A DNA stretch of 64,000 nucleotides, from positions 80,566-144,565 of the forward strand of contig CBDHFN010000001.1 in the NCBI GenBank assembly GCA_965262605.1, in the 5' to 3' direction. Within the stretch, counting starts at the first letter, position 1; every line of letters begins with the position of its first letter. The position numbers were made by a program, and so were the translations under genes. Of this stretch, positions 46,311-55,469 are shown piece by piece. The stretch comes from Alphaproteobacteria bacterium. GTDB lineage: Bacteria; Pseudomonadota; Alphaproteobacteria; JASGCL01. Below the pieces are notes generated by a model. That model made no database searches. It was not told the DNA's origin and worked only from the letters and a program-made list of their open reading frames with translations.

Positions 46311-47395
46311 TACATTCTTACGCTTAATGGTTTTTCTAAAATATCGGCTATCATCACGATTTTTGGGGTTAAATCGGGCTTGGGCATATTAATAACATTA
46401 AACAAAGGCTCTTGATTGCGGGCTTCAAGACTTGCCACGGCAAGCGGTTCGCGAATGGCTTCGGTATTGCGCACCACGGGCTTTGCCTTTAATTCTAATT
46501 CGGGGCGAAGTTCGGGTTGAATGACCCATTTTGTGATTTTATCGGCATCGCGGACGGCTTCAAAAATTTCTTTGGGCTTGTCTTGCAAGATTTTAATCCA
46601 GCTTTTGATATAGGCTTGATGATTTTCAGGATAATGCCCCAAACCCGTTTTTACGCCGACCATGAACGAAGAAATTTCGGCGCGAAGTTCTTCCTTGGCG
46701 TAAGCAACCGACCCCTTGACGCTGTGCAAAAATGGGCGATTAAGCCGCGATTCATGCCCCGTGGCATGTCCAATTTCATGCAAAGCCGTGGCGTAATATT
46801 CATATTGCGAATGAAATTGTGATTTTTCGGGCAGAATAATTTTATCGCTATGGGGCATATAATACGCGCCTTTGGACGCGATATGCTCAATCGCGATGTT
46901 CGTGTCCGCCATTAATTTTTCAATATTTTCAATGTCGTTAAAGCTTGGCATTTTGGGTTTGGGCGCGATGTAAGCCTCTAATCCCGTTGTTTGTTCGGCA
47001 TTAAATACGCGGTAAATCTTTATCATCGGTTGTCGGAAATTGAAGCGCACGACTTGGTTTGTGCCGTCTTCTTCGGTCATTACCTTGAATCCATGCTCTT
47101 TAAATACGATAATTTGCTCGCTAGTTGCGCCTTTGTTTATCGTTGCGCCTAGTTCTTTGGCTTGGTTAAAAGTCAGCCAGCGCGGGTCTTTATACCCCGC
47201 CCGCAAGGCTTTCATGCTTAGTTTCAGCGAATTCATGCCATTATACGCAACATTTGTTTTGGCATTTTTGGGCAAGTTCGGTGCTTCGCCTGCTTCCCAT
47301 CCTTGCGTCCAAGGTGCTGTATTTTCTTGCAAAGCTTGAATAAAGCTTTGTGCGACTTCGTTCGTGAAGGCTTCGTTTATGGCATTATTCGTCAT
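46310..47395 (-). CDS. ardC: ArdC-type antirestriction protein (ssDNA-binding N-domain + zinc metalloprotease domain)
   Basis: The N-domain pattern is APW...NVAYNGMNSLKL...DPRWLTFNQAKELGA. The protease motif is ALHEIGHATGH. I set the start at ATG 47395 (MTNNAINEAF). Confidence 0.8.
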   Translation of the reverse strand: MTNNAINEAFTNEVAQSFIQALQENTAPWTQGWEAGEAPNLPKNAKTNVAYNGMNSLKLSMKALRAGYKDPRWLTFNQAKELGATINKGATSEQIIVFKEHGFKVMTEEDGTNQVVRFNFRQPMIKIYRVFNAEQTTGLEAYIAPKPKMPSFNDIENIEKLMADTNIAIEHIASKGAYYMPHSDKIILPEKSQFHSQYEYYATALHEIGHATGHESRLNRPFLHSVKGSVAYAKEELRAEISSFMVGVKTGLGHYPENHQAYIKSWIKILQDKPKEIFEAVRDADKITKWVIQPELRPELELKAKPVVRNTEAIREPLAVASLEARNQEPLFNVINMPKPDLTPKIVMIADILEKPLSVRM

Positions 47396-47549
47396 TTTTG
47401 TTGCTTTCAAAATCGGTGAATGCGTCCAAGCCCATATATTCGGCAAGCTCCTTGCTTACGATGATTTCTTGCCCGCAAGGCGCGGTTTGTATGGTTTTAT
47501 CAAGTAATTTTGCTTGGGTTTCTAAAACGGGTAAATACTTATCATTCAT
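47385..47549 (-). CDS. small hypothetical ORF (54 aa), first gene of the ardC-mobC-relaxase operon
   Basis: Hand-translated as MNDKYLPVLETQAKLLDKTIQTAPCGQEIIVSKELAEYMGLDAFTDFESNKNDE. AAGGAA RBS. Its stop overlaps the ardC start. It is below the length cutoff of the ORF track. Confidence 0.3.
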   Translation of the reverse strand: MNDKYLPVLETQAKLLDKTIQTAPCGQEIIVSKELAEYMGLDAFTDFESNKNDE

Positions 47550-47915
47550 GATATTCCTTTGGTTAGGGTAGGGGATTGTTTTTTGGGGGGGAATCTTGAC
47601 GGATTCCTAGATAAAGATTTTGATAAAAATTTGGATAATTGAGAGAAAATTCGGTAAAATAAAACTTAAAAATACGATAAATATAAAATGCTAAAACAAA
47701 ATGAATTTTTACTATGATTGAGTATACGCCTTAATCACAACAAATGCAAGCGGATAATTTTTTAATTTGAATTAATAATTTTACAATATATTGACTCATC
47801 GGTTGCATAATGATAATAATATATTGTAATTTTTAACTTCGCGTGATTCATGATTGGATTATATATGTTTTATGTGAAATTATAATTATAAAGTAATAAT
47901 TTTGAGGATATTGCA

Positions 47916-49649
47916 ATGAAAAACATGAATAAAGTATTTGAACGAAAAATTTGGGGGTTTGTTTTTTCAGTCGCCATAATGCTAGCTGTTTTTTATTTGG
48001 GATTTTATGATTTTTTTTATAATTTCTGGAATTTATGGAATATTGGAGATTATTTAAAGTTTATACTTGGTTGTAGCATAGGCGTATTGACATTGATGTT
48101 TTTCATTAATTTTTGTATTGCGTCATTTGTTTTAGGTAATAATTTGAATGTTAATTTAATTAAAGAAAATAAATATCAATTCAAGCTTGATATTTTAAAC
48201 GATACTTATGCTGAATTTAAAACTTCTTGGCATAATGCCAAGAGTGAAAATGCTGATGGAAGCACAAATTATAAAGAATTTAAAACCGAAACGGCATCAA
48301 ATTACTTCCGATATGATAATTTGATTGGCAATTATTGTCATGCTGATTTTTTTAAACATATACCTGGTGTTTTAACAGGTATGGGGATTATTGGCACTTT
48401 TAACGGTTTAATTCACGGACTACACGCCTTTCAAAAAAATGGTACTAATCAAGATGAATTGCAATCTGGCTTGTTCAAGCTACTTGATGCCGTAAGCGAA
48501 GCATTTATATTATCGGCAATCGCTATTGGCATTGCGATATTAATTACCTTAATTGAAAAAATGGTTGTATCGGTTTTACAAAGAAAATTAGAAAATTTTA
48601 ATTATGAAATTGATAAAAAAATTCATTCCAAAACCAGTGAAGATTACTTGCATGCTTTGGTTGAATCCAACGAAAAATCGCAAACACAATTGACACATTT
48701 AAAAGAAAATTTTATTAATGATTTAAAACCCATTTTTGAGGCGCAAACTCAAGCTTTCGCTCAAATAATAACTGATGGATTTGCTGATGCAATTGGCAAA
48801 ATAGGCAAAATTGATATAAGTAAAGAAGCAGATAGCGCATTACAAGATATTTTGAAAAAGATTGCTGATGCCCAAACTTTAATGTTTGAAAATTTAGAAA
48901 ACACAACCAATAAATTAGGGGGTAATGCAATTGATTTAAGCGATAAATTAACGCAAATTTCCGAATCTCACGATACAAATTACAATGAGTTAAAAGACGC
49001 CTTATTAGCTATCATTATCGCCAATGGTAAAATTCAAGAAAACTTAAATAATAAAGTTGAAGAATTGGGCGCAGGTATTGTGAAATTTTATGAAATTATT
49101 AATGCTATGACGGGCTTAGGAACAGAATTAATCCAATCAAGCGAAAAACTAATTAATGCAAGCACAATTTTTGACCAAGCAGCAATTAATATTAATCAAT
49201 CATCTGAAAATATAGCCAAATCATCTGAGGAAAGCAGTCAATCTTTAGCAACAATGACAAATGACATTAATAATGCACTTGGCGTTATTAGTGAAATTTC
49301 TCAAAGATTTTCTGAAGTGCAAAAAAATTATGATGATTATTTATCAAAAATTAATAATATTTTAATAGATTCCCACCAAACCTATAGCAAACAGCTTAAT
49401 GAAACTATCACGGAAAACAATGCAGTATTAAAAGATTCACTTCAAGATATAGTTAACAAATTTGCCAATTTAAATGAAAATTTGAATGAAGCCATTGAAA
49501 ATTTAATTGATAAATTACCAAATAATGCTTTATTACAAGAATCGCTTGCTGATAATATAGCTAAAAAGTTTGCCAAGATAAATTTAAATGAAAATATTAA
49601 TGACGCTATTAAAAGCATAATTGACAAATTGCCAAACAATAAAAGTTAA
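47916..49649 (+). CDS. zorA: ZorA-like MotA/ExbB-family proton-channel protein with long coiled-coil tail
   Basis: 577 aa with N-terminal TM helices. The MotA/TolQ/ExbB signature is IPGVLTGMGIIGTFNGLIHGL. A ~330-aa helical tail follows. The next gene is MotB-like. Confidence 0.7.
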   Translation: MKNMNKVFERKIWGFVFSVAIMLAVFYLGFYDFFYNFWNLWNIGDYLKFILGCSIGVLTLMFFINFCIASFVLGNNLNVNLIKENKYQFKLDILNDTYAEFKTSWHNAKSENADGSTNYKEFKTETASNYFRYDNLIGNYCHADFFKHIPGVLTGMGIIGTFNGLIHGLHAFQKNGTNQDELQSGLFKLLDAVSEAFILSAIAIGIAILITLIEKMVVSVLQRKLENFNYEIDKKIHSKTSEDYLHALVESNEKSQTQLTHLKENFINDLKPIFEAQTQAFAQIITDGFADAIGKIGKIDISKEADSALQDILKKIADAQTLMFENLENTTNKLGGNAIDLSDKLTQISESHDTNYNELKDALLAIIIANGKIQENLNNKVEELGAGIVKFYEIINAMTGLGTELIQSSEKLINASTIFDQAAININQSSENIAKSSEESSQSLATMTNDINNALGVISEISQRFSEVQKNYDDYLSKINNILIDSHQTYSKQLNETITENNAVLKDSLQDIVNKFANLNENLNEAIENLIDKLPNNALLQESLADNIAKKFAKINLNENINDAIKSIIDKLPNNKS

Positions 49650-49654
49650 AATTA

Positions 49655-50365
49655 ATGCGAAGAAAAAATTCTCAATCCCATATTGACCACGAAGAAAAAC
49701 CATTTTGGATAAGTTTTTCGGATATGATGACGGCAGTCATGGTGCTATTTTTGGTGGTAATGTGCGCTACAATTGCCTTAATTGCCAAACCAAACAAAGA
49801 TGGCGGTAACACCCAAGCGGATAAAGAAGCAAATTTTCTTACATGCGCAGGGGAATTAATTAATATTTATAATGCAAAATTTCCTAATAATGAACAAATT
49901 AAATTAACAAAAAATAAAATTCAATTTGGCACAAAAGCCCAATTTAAGACGAGTGATTTTCAATTAAGCACCGAACAAGCTAGTTATTTAACCAATTTTG
50001 TCAAAGAAGTCATATTTCCGATTCAAACAAAATGCGACAAAGCACAAGAAAAATTATTATCAAAAATCATAAGTGAAGGATATGCAAGCAGAACGGGCGA
50101 TTATTTAACCAATTTAACTTTAAGCCTTAATCGTGGAAAATCCGTAATTTGTGCATTGCTTAACGATGCTAATCTTGACATTAGCCTAGATGAAAAAAAG
50201 CAAGTCGCAAAATATTTTAGTGTTGGCGGTTATTCCTTTAATGATTCAAAAGCATCAGATTATGAATCGCAAAGAGTAGAATTAACACTTGAATTTTATA
50301 AGGAAAACCAGCCAAGAAATAATAATTATGATTATGTAAAGGAAATGTTTGGAAAATGTCAATAG
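49655..50365 (+). CDS. zorB: ZorB-like MotB/OmpA-family stator protein
   Basis: The MotB-type N-terminus is PFWISFSDMMTAVMVLFLVVM, with a conserved Asp at the TM start. The C-terminus is OmpA-like (GYASRTGDYLTNLTLSLNRGKSV). Confidence 0.7.
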   Translation: MRRKNSQSHIDHEEKPFWISFSDMMTAVMVLFLVVMCATIALIAKPNKDGGNTQADKEANFLTCAGELINIYNAKFPNNEQIKLTKNKIQFGTKAQFKTSDFQLSTEQASYLTNFVKEVIFPIQTKCDKAQEKLLSKIISEGYASRTGDYLTNLTLSLNRGKSVICALLNDANLDISLDEKKQVAKYFSVGGYSFNDSKASDYESQRVELTLEFYKENQPRNNNYDYVKEMFGKCQ

Positions 50366-51927
50366 AAAATTTATCACAAGAATTACATAAAATTTCTATT
50401 GCGCCCATTATAATTCCCGCGATTAAGTTAGCAATACCAAAATATTTGAATAATATTGAGAATGTTAAAATTACTACACCCGAAGAAATAAAAAAAATAT
50501 TGAAATTTTTTTTTGATAATGAAGTATTTAAGACGAATAATATGAAAAATATTCGCGTTATTGCCGAAAATTTAGATGATAATGAATTTAATTTATTAGA
50601 AAACGAACAAAAATTACAAAGATATTTTGAAATATCTGATGAATATTTTAAAATGGAAAATAATAATAAAATTCCAAACCGAATTTATATAGGATGGGTT
50701 GCGTGCTTTTTACGGCATACTAAGTATCATCAGTTATTACAGGCGCAATTAAATAAAAAATTTAATTATACGAACATAAAACCTACAACTAGAATGCAGA
50801 ATTTTCAGTCAAATTATCAGATTTTACTTGATTCTAACTCATTTAATAATTTTGATAAAAATACCATTAATAATTTTGAATTTAATGAAATTAAACAAAT
50901 TTGGCGATTACCCAATAATTCGTGGTGGGCTTGTAATTTTATACTTAAATATATTGATTATAATATTTTAAGTAATAATGATACTAAAGAGATTATAGAA
51001 AAATATCTTATATTCAAAGATTTTTTTATTGAAAATAATATATACAAGAAAGGCTTAGAGAAAATTATAATTCGCCTTAGCAAAGAGGCAGATTACCCTA
51101 AATATGAACCATTATTAAAAGACGCAATTCAAGAATTTGGCAATCCAATTTCACCAAAAAATGCGCATTATTGGCAGTTTTCAGACCAAGGAAAAGGGTT
51201 AATCAAAAAATGGTTTATATCCGAAGGCATTCAAAAATTTTTCACCCTACTTGCTGATGATAGTGGCGACCCAAGGCGCGCGAGATTTTGGCAAGAATGG
51301 GTAGATTATATTGATGATATTCAGTTTTTTATGGGTAAAAACACTGCATTGCGTGGTGACTCAGAAATTAAAAGAATAATAAAAGATTATGGTGAATATA
51401 ATTTACGCGACAAAACCAATGCCTTTGCGATGGTAATTGGCAATATTAAAATCATAGAATTTAGTGATTCAGGAAATGCTGCTTATATATATGACAAAAA
51501 TTTTGAAACAACGAATCAAAAATTTTTTAAAATTGATGAATTAAAGCGTAAAGGTGCAGCTAAAGACAGAATATGCCATAATATTGATTGGGAAAAAACA
51601 GCAAACGAAATTATTATAAAATTTACTCAATTAAACGCAAAAAAAACTATAAATATGATTAATGCCAATAAACCAATGCAACCAATTTCACAAAATTTTT
51701 CCTATAATTCAACCCCTCAAATCACCGAATCAAAAATTATTAGCTTAAATAAAATAAATGATTCAGGTGTTGATATTCTTGATAACATTGAAATACCTAA
51801 ACCAATTGAAAATTCAAATTCCCAAAAATCATGGCAATTAATCGAAGCTGATAATGATATTCTTGAAGTTAAAAAGCCACCCCACCAATTGCAAAATATT
51901 TGGCAAAGAATTTGGAGCAAAAATTAA
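50356..51927 (+). CDS. zorC: ZorC-like protein
   Basis: 523 aa. Assigned by position, size and operon context between zorB and the SNF2-nuclease gene. I did not recognise a catalytic motif. Confidence 0.55.
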   Translation: MSIENLSQELHKISIAPIIIPAIKLAIPKYLNNIENVKITTPEEIKKILKFFFDNEVFKTNNMKNIRVIAENLDDNEFNLLENEQKLQRYFEISDEYFKMENNNKIPNRIYIGWVACFLRHTKYHQLLQAQLNKKFNYTNIKPTTRMQNFQSNYQILLDSNSFNNFDKNTINNFEFNEIKQIWRLPNNSWWACNFILKYIDYNILSNNDTKEIIEKYLIFKDFFIENNIYKKGLEKIIIRLSKEADYPKYEPLLKDAIQEFGNPISPKNAHYWQFSDQGKGLIKKWFISEGIQKFFTLLADDSGDPRRARFWQEWVDYIDDIQFFMGKNTALRGDSEIKRIIKDYGEYNLRDKTNAFAMVIGNIKIIEFSDSGNAAYIYDKNFETTNQKFFKIDELKRKGAAKDRICHNIDWEKTANEIIIKFTQLNAKKTINMINANKPMQPISQNFSYNSTPQITESKIISLNKINDSGVDILDNIEIPKPIENSNSQKSWQLIEADNDILEVKKPPHQLQNIWQRIWSKN

Positions 51928-54900
51928 TGATATTATCTTGGATTAAAAAACTTAATGAAAACGAAGAAACCGATATTTTTTGTAAATACGCCAAAAATGG
52001 AATAATTTGGGGCGATTATAATCAAATCGGCAACCATAAATGTATTTTATCAGATATTTCGGGTTTAGCAAAAATATTTGAATTTGATATAATTAATAAA
52101 GATTATAATTGTTCATGGGAAAAATTTTATCAAATATTTAATGAAAATGATAAATTATTTCAAAGCAACCTTGAAAATTTAGGCATTAAATTTTTACCTG
52201 ATTTGAATTGCCGATTATATAGTGATGGATATTTAATTAATTATGATTTAAAATCGGGTCAAAATAATATTAGTTTAAGTGATTTAGATATAAATTTTGT
52301 TAGTTTTAAAGCTTATAATTATATTTTACCTTCAAATATTACCAAGATACTAAAATTAATTAAAAAACAAAGAGAAACACAAGATAATAATTTAATAAAA
52401 GAATTTTTTGGGCAAATTCGCAAAATCGCGCTTGAATCCAATTTAACCATCAGTGATTATATTAAAAACACAATTATTGTAACGCCCGAAAATTTAAATC
52501 TTAAACATACCGAACAAAGCAATGAACGATATGAAATTAAAATTGACATTGATTTTCAAGATTGCCCCGCAAATTTTATGCAAAATTTTGACAAATATCC
52601 CAATGTTGAAAAAAAATATGTCATCGGTGAAAATTCAAAACTTACAGAGGTGATTATTAGTGATTCCGTGCAACCAATTTTGCGTAAAATCAAACAATAT
52701 CCTAAACGCATTTTGAAAGATAATGACGCAATTAAGTTTATAGAAAATCCCAAGGCATTTTTAGATGATAATGAAAATATTATAAACGAAAATAACGAAA
52801 ATTTTACAAGAAAAATGCCAAATTTATTTGAAATTGAATATAATTCATTAAACAAAAAATTATATATTAATATTAATCATAACCAAGAAATTATTGAATT
52901 TAATGATAATGATGAAATAAAAAAATTTCAATCCTTGTTGTCTGGTGCAAATAATAAAAATATTCATTTCGTTGAATGGCATAATTATAAATTATATTTT
53001 GGAGAAAATTTTGAAAAACATAATACCCGTATAAATGAATATTTATCACAAATTAATTCCGATGAATTTTTGAAAGGTTTAAGCGATAGGATTTATGGGA
53101 TTGGTCAACAAAAAAAGGAATTTTCACCCTACATTTCATTATTACAAGAAAAAAAAGGTTGGTTGCCCGAAAATATTGTTAAGCATTTTTCGGTAATAAA
53201 TAATCTAACGGGCGAGATAGAGCAGGTTAAATGTGATGATAAGGCAATTGAACAAATTGAAAATTCTGTAAATAAAGCCCAAGAAAATCAACAGCAAATT
53301 CATGTCAAAATCAATAACAATGATTATGTTATTCCTATTCAAGATGCTAAAACCATGACCGAAGTTTTTAATCAATCAGTGGATAAACTAAAAAAATCAT
53401 TTGAAAAAAATAAAACTCCTAAAAACGAATTGCTATTTTATCAACAAATAATCGCCGAAGATTATATAAAAAATCGTAATGTAGCATTGATGAATAACGA
53501 TATGCCTATAAGATTACCTGATAATCGCAAAGCATATACCGAACTAAAAGACCACCAAATAGACGGAGTGCGATTTTTACAACATTTATATTCTTGTGCG
53601 CCCAAAGATTGCAAAGGGGCATTATTAGCCGATGATATGGGGTTGGGTAAAACTTTACAAACATTAATTTTTATATTTGAATTATTAGAATCACAAAAGG
53701 CTAACAAAATATTGATTGTTGCACCAGTTTCATTATTAGAAAATTGGCAAAATGAAATTGATAAATTTTTTAATTTTTCAAATGATAAAATTTTACAACT
53801 TTATGATAAAAATATTACCCATATTAAAAATAAATTTTCATTGGATATTAATAATTTAAAACAAAAAACTTTAAAAAATGATTGGCATGATGGGTTTGAC
53901 ATCGTATTAACAACATATGAAACAATGCGAGATTATGAATACAGCCTTGCAAAAATTAATTGGTCAGTCATTATTTGCGATGAGGCTCAAAAAATAAAAA
54001 ACCCATCAAGTGGCTTTACAAAATCAATTAAAAAATTAAAATATAAATTTGCCATTGCTTGCACAGGCACGCCAATTGAAAACCATTTAGCCGAATTATG
54101 GTCAATATTTGATTTTATTCAACCTGGTTTATTAGGTTCACTAAATAGCTTTGGCAAAAAATACAAAAGCCCAATAGAAAGAAAAACAGACCAAGAAGAA
54201 AAAGCAATTGAAGAATTGCAAAAAATCATTGAACCCCAATTTTTAAGACGCATGAAAGAAGATGTAGCAAATTTACCAAAGAAAGTTATTGATTTTGAAT
54301 GTCAAGATTTAAAAATTTCAGATAAACAACATAATTTAATCGTTAAAGTTGCCAATCAAATCTCACCCGAACGAATGTTAGAATTTCTACATTATTACAA
54401 AAAAATATGCGCCTTTCCATTTGAATTTAGTTCAAGTTTAATTGAAAATAATATTCACAATGATGATTGGCTGAAAGATTCCCCAAAATTAAAGTGGTTA
54501 TTAGAAAAATTATCAACAATAAAATCAAAGCAAGAAAAAGTCATAATATTTACATCCGAAAAAGATATACAATTAAGACTGCATACTGCTATTACCAAAA
54601 AATTTAGTGATTTGGAAATTAATATTGTTAATGGTGATACTCCTGTTCAAGATGAAATCCATAGCAGGCAAAAGAAAATTGATGATTTTCAAAATAAGCA
54701 TGGTTTTAATGTTATTATATTGTCGCCTCTTTCATGCGGGGCAGGCTTTAATATTCAAAAAGCAAATCATGTTGTGCATTTTACGCGTCATTGGAATCCT
54801 GCCAAGGAAGACCAAGCAACCGATAGGGCTTATAGAATAGGGCAAGATAAAGAGGTTTTTGTATATTACCCACAAATTAAATCTCAATATTTTGATACTT

Positions 54901-55469
54901 TTGATAAAAAATTAAATGATTTGCTGAATGCTAAGCGTGAATTAGCAACAAATATCTATAATGGATATGGCGGTTCAATAAGCGAACAAGATTTTTTGCG
55001 TGGCATTAATGATTTGCTTCCCAAAGAAGTAAATGAAATAAATTGGCAAAATATTGATGAACAATTTCTTAAATCAATTAATTCCAAAGCATTTGTTAAG
55101 TTAATTAAAATAATTATTGAAAAACAAAATCCTAAAAACTTAACGGAATTAAGAGATGGTGCTGGTGATGAAGGTATTGATATTATTTCATTTAACAATC
55201 AAAATTTAGAAATTATTTGTGTTCAATGCAAATCAACAACAAGTCAAAATAAATTAAGTTATGATTCAATTCGTGAGGTTTTTTATGGCGCAGATAATTA
55301 CAAAAAATCGCATCCTGAATATAAATTAAAATTAATTTGCGCAACGAATTTTGAATTTAACCAAAATGCAATTAATGAAGCGCAGAACAAAGATGTAGAG
55401 TTATGGGATTTTGATATTTTGAAAGAATTGATTAAAAAACACAAAGTTAAAGAATATGAATTATTTTAA
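51927..55469 (+). CDS. zorD: ZorD-like SNF2-family helicase with C-terminal Mrr-like nuclease domain
   Basis: SNF2 motifs are LADDMGLGKTLQT, VICDEAQKIKN, CTGTPIENHLAELWSIFDF and HWNPAKEDQATDRAYRIGQ. The C-terminal restriction-endonuclease-like core is GDEGIDIISF...ICVQCKS. I set the start at ATG 51927 (TAATG overlap with zorC). Confidence 0.75.
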   Translation: MILSWIKKLNENEETDIFCKYAKNGIIWGDYNQIGNHKCILSDISGLAKIFEFDIINKDYNCSWEKFYQIFNENDKLFQSNLENLGIKFLPDLNCRLYSDGYLINYDLKSGQNNISLSDLDINFVSFKAYNYILPSNITKILKLIKKQRETQDNNLIKEFFGQIRKIALESNLTISDYIKNTIIVTPENLNLKHTEQSNERYEIKIDIDFQDCPANFMQNFDKYPNVEKKYVIGENSKLTEVIISDSVQPILRKIKQYPKRILKDNDAIKFIENPKAFLDDNENIINENNENFTRKMPNLFEIEYNSLNKKLYININHNQEIIEFNDNDEIKKFQSLLSGANNKNIHFVEWHNYKLYFGENFEKHNTRINEYLSQINSDEFLKGLSDRIYGIGQQKKEFSPYISLLQEKKGWLPENIVKHFSVINNLTGEIEQVKCDDKAIEQIENSVNKAQENQQQIHVKINNNDYVIPIQDAKTMTEVFNQSVDKLKKSFEKNKTPKNELLFYQQIIAEDYIKNRNVALMNNDMPIRLPDNRKAYTELKDHQIDGVRFLQHLYSCAPKDCKGALLADDMGLGKTLQTLIFIFELLESQKANKILIVAPVSLLENWQNEIDKFFNFSNDKILQLYDKNITHIKNKFSLDINNLKQKTLKNDWHDGFDIVLTTYETMRDYEYSLAKINWSVIICDEAQKIKNPSSGFTKSIKKLKYKFAIACTGTPIENHLAELWSIFDFIQPGLLGSLNSFGKKYKSPIERKTDQEEKAIEELQKIIEPQFLRRMKEDVANLPKKVIDFECQDLKISDKQHNLIVKVANQISPERMLEFLHYYKKICAFPFEFSSSLIENNIHNDDWLKDSPKLKWLLEKLSTIKSKQEKVIIFTSEKDIQLRLHTAITKKFSDLEINIVNGDTPVQDEIHSRQKKIDDFQNKHGFNVIILSPLSCGAGFNIQKANHVVHFTRHWNPAKEDQATDRAYRIGQDKEVFVYYPQIKSQYFDTFDKKLNDLLNAKRELATNIYNGYGGSISEQDFLRGINDLLPKEVNEINWQNIDEQFLKSINSKAFVKLIKIIIEKQNPKNLTELRDGAGDEGIDIISFNNQNLEIICVQCKSTTSQNKLSYDSIREVFYGADNYKKSHPEYKLKLICATNFEFNQNAINEAQNKDVELWDFDILKELIKKHKVKEYELF

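Noticed and set aside
47579-47591. T6G7 homopolymer tract upstream of the ardC operon as a phase-variation switch
   Set aside because: The tract is short and not positioned between recognisable -35 and -10 hexamers. There is no evidence of length heterogeneity from a single sequence.
49370-49379. Third partial copy of the tRNA-Val att repeat (TTCCCACCAA) inside zorA
   Set aside because: It is only a 10-nt match, lies within a coding region, and makes no structural sense as an element boundary. Consistent with chance.
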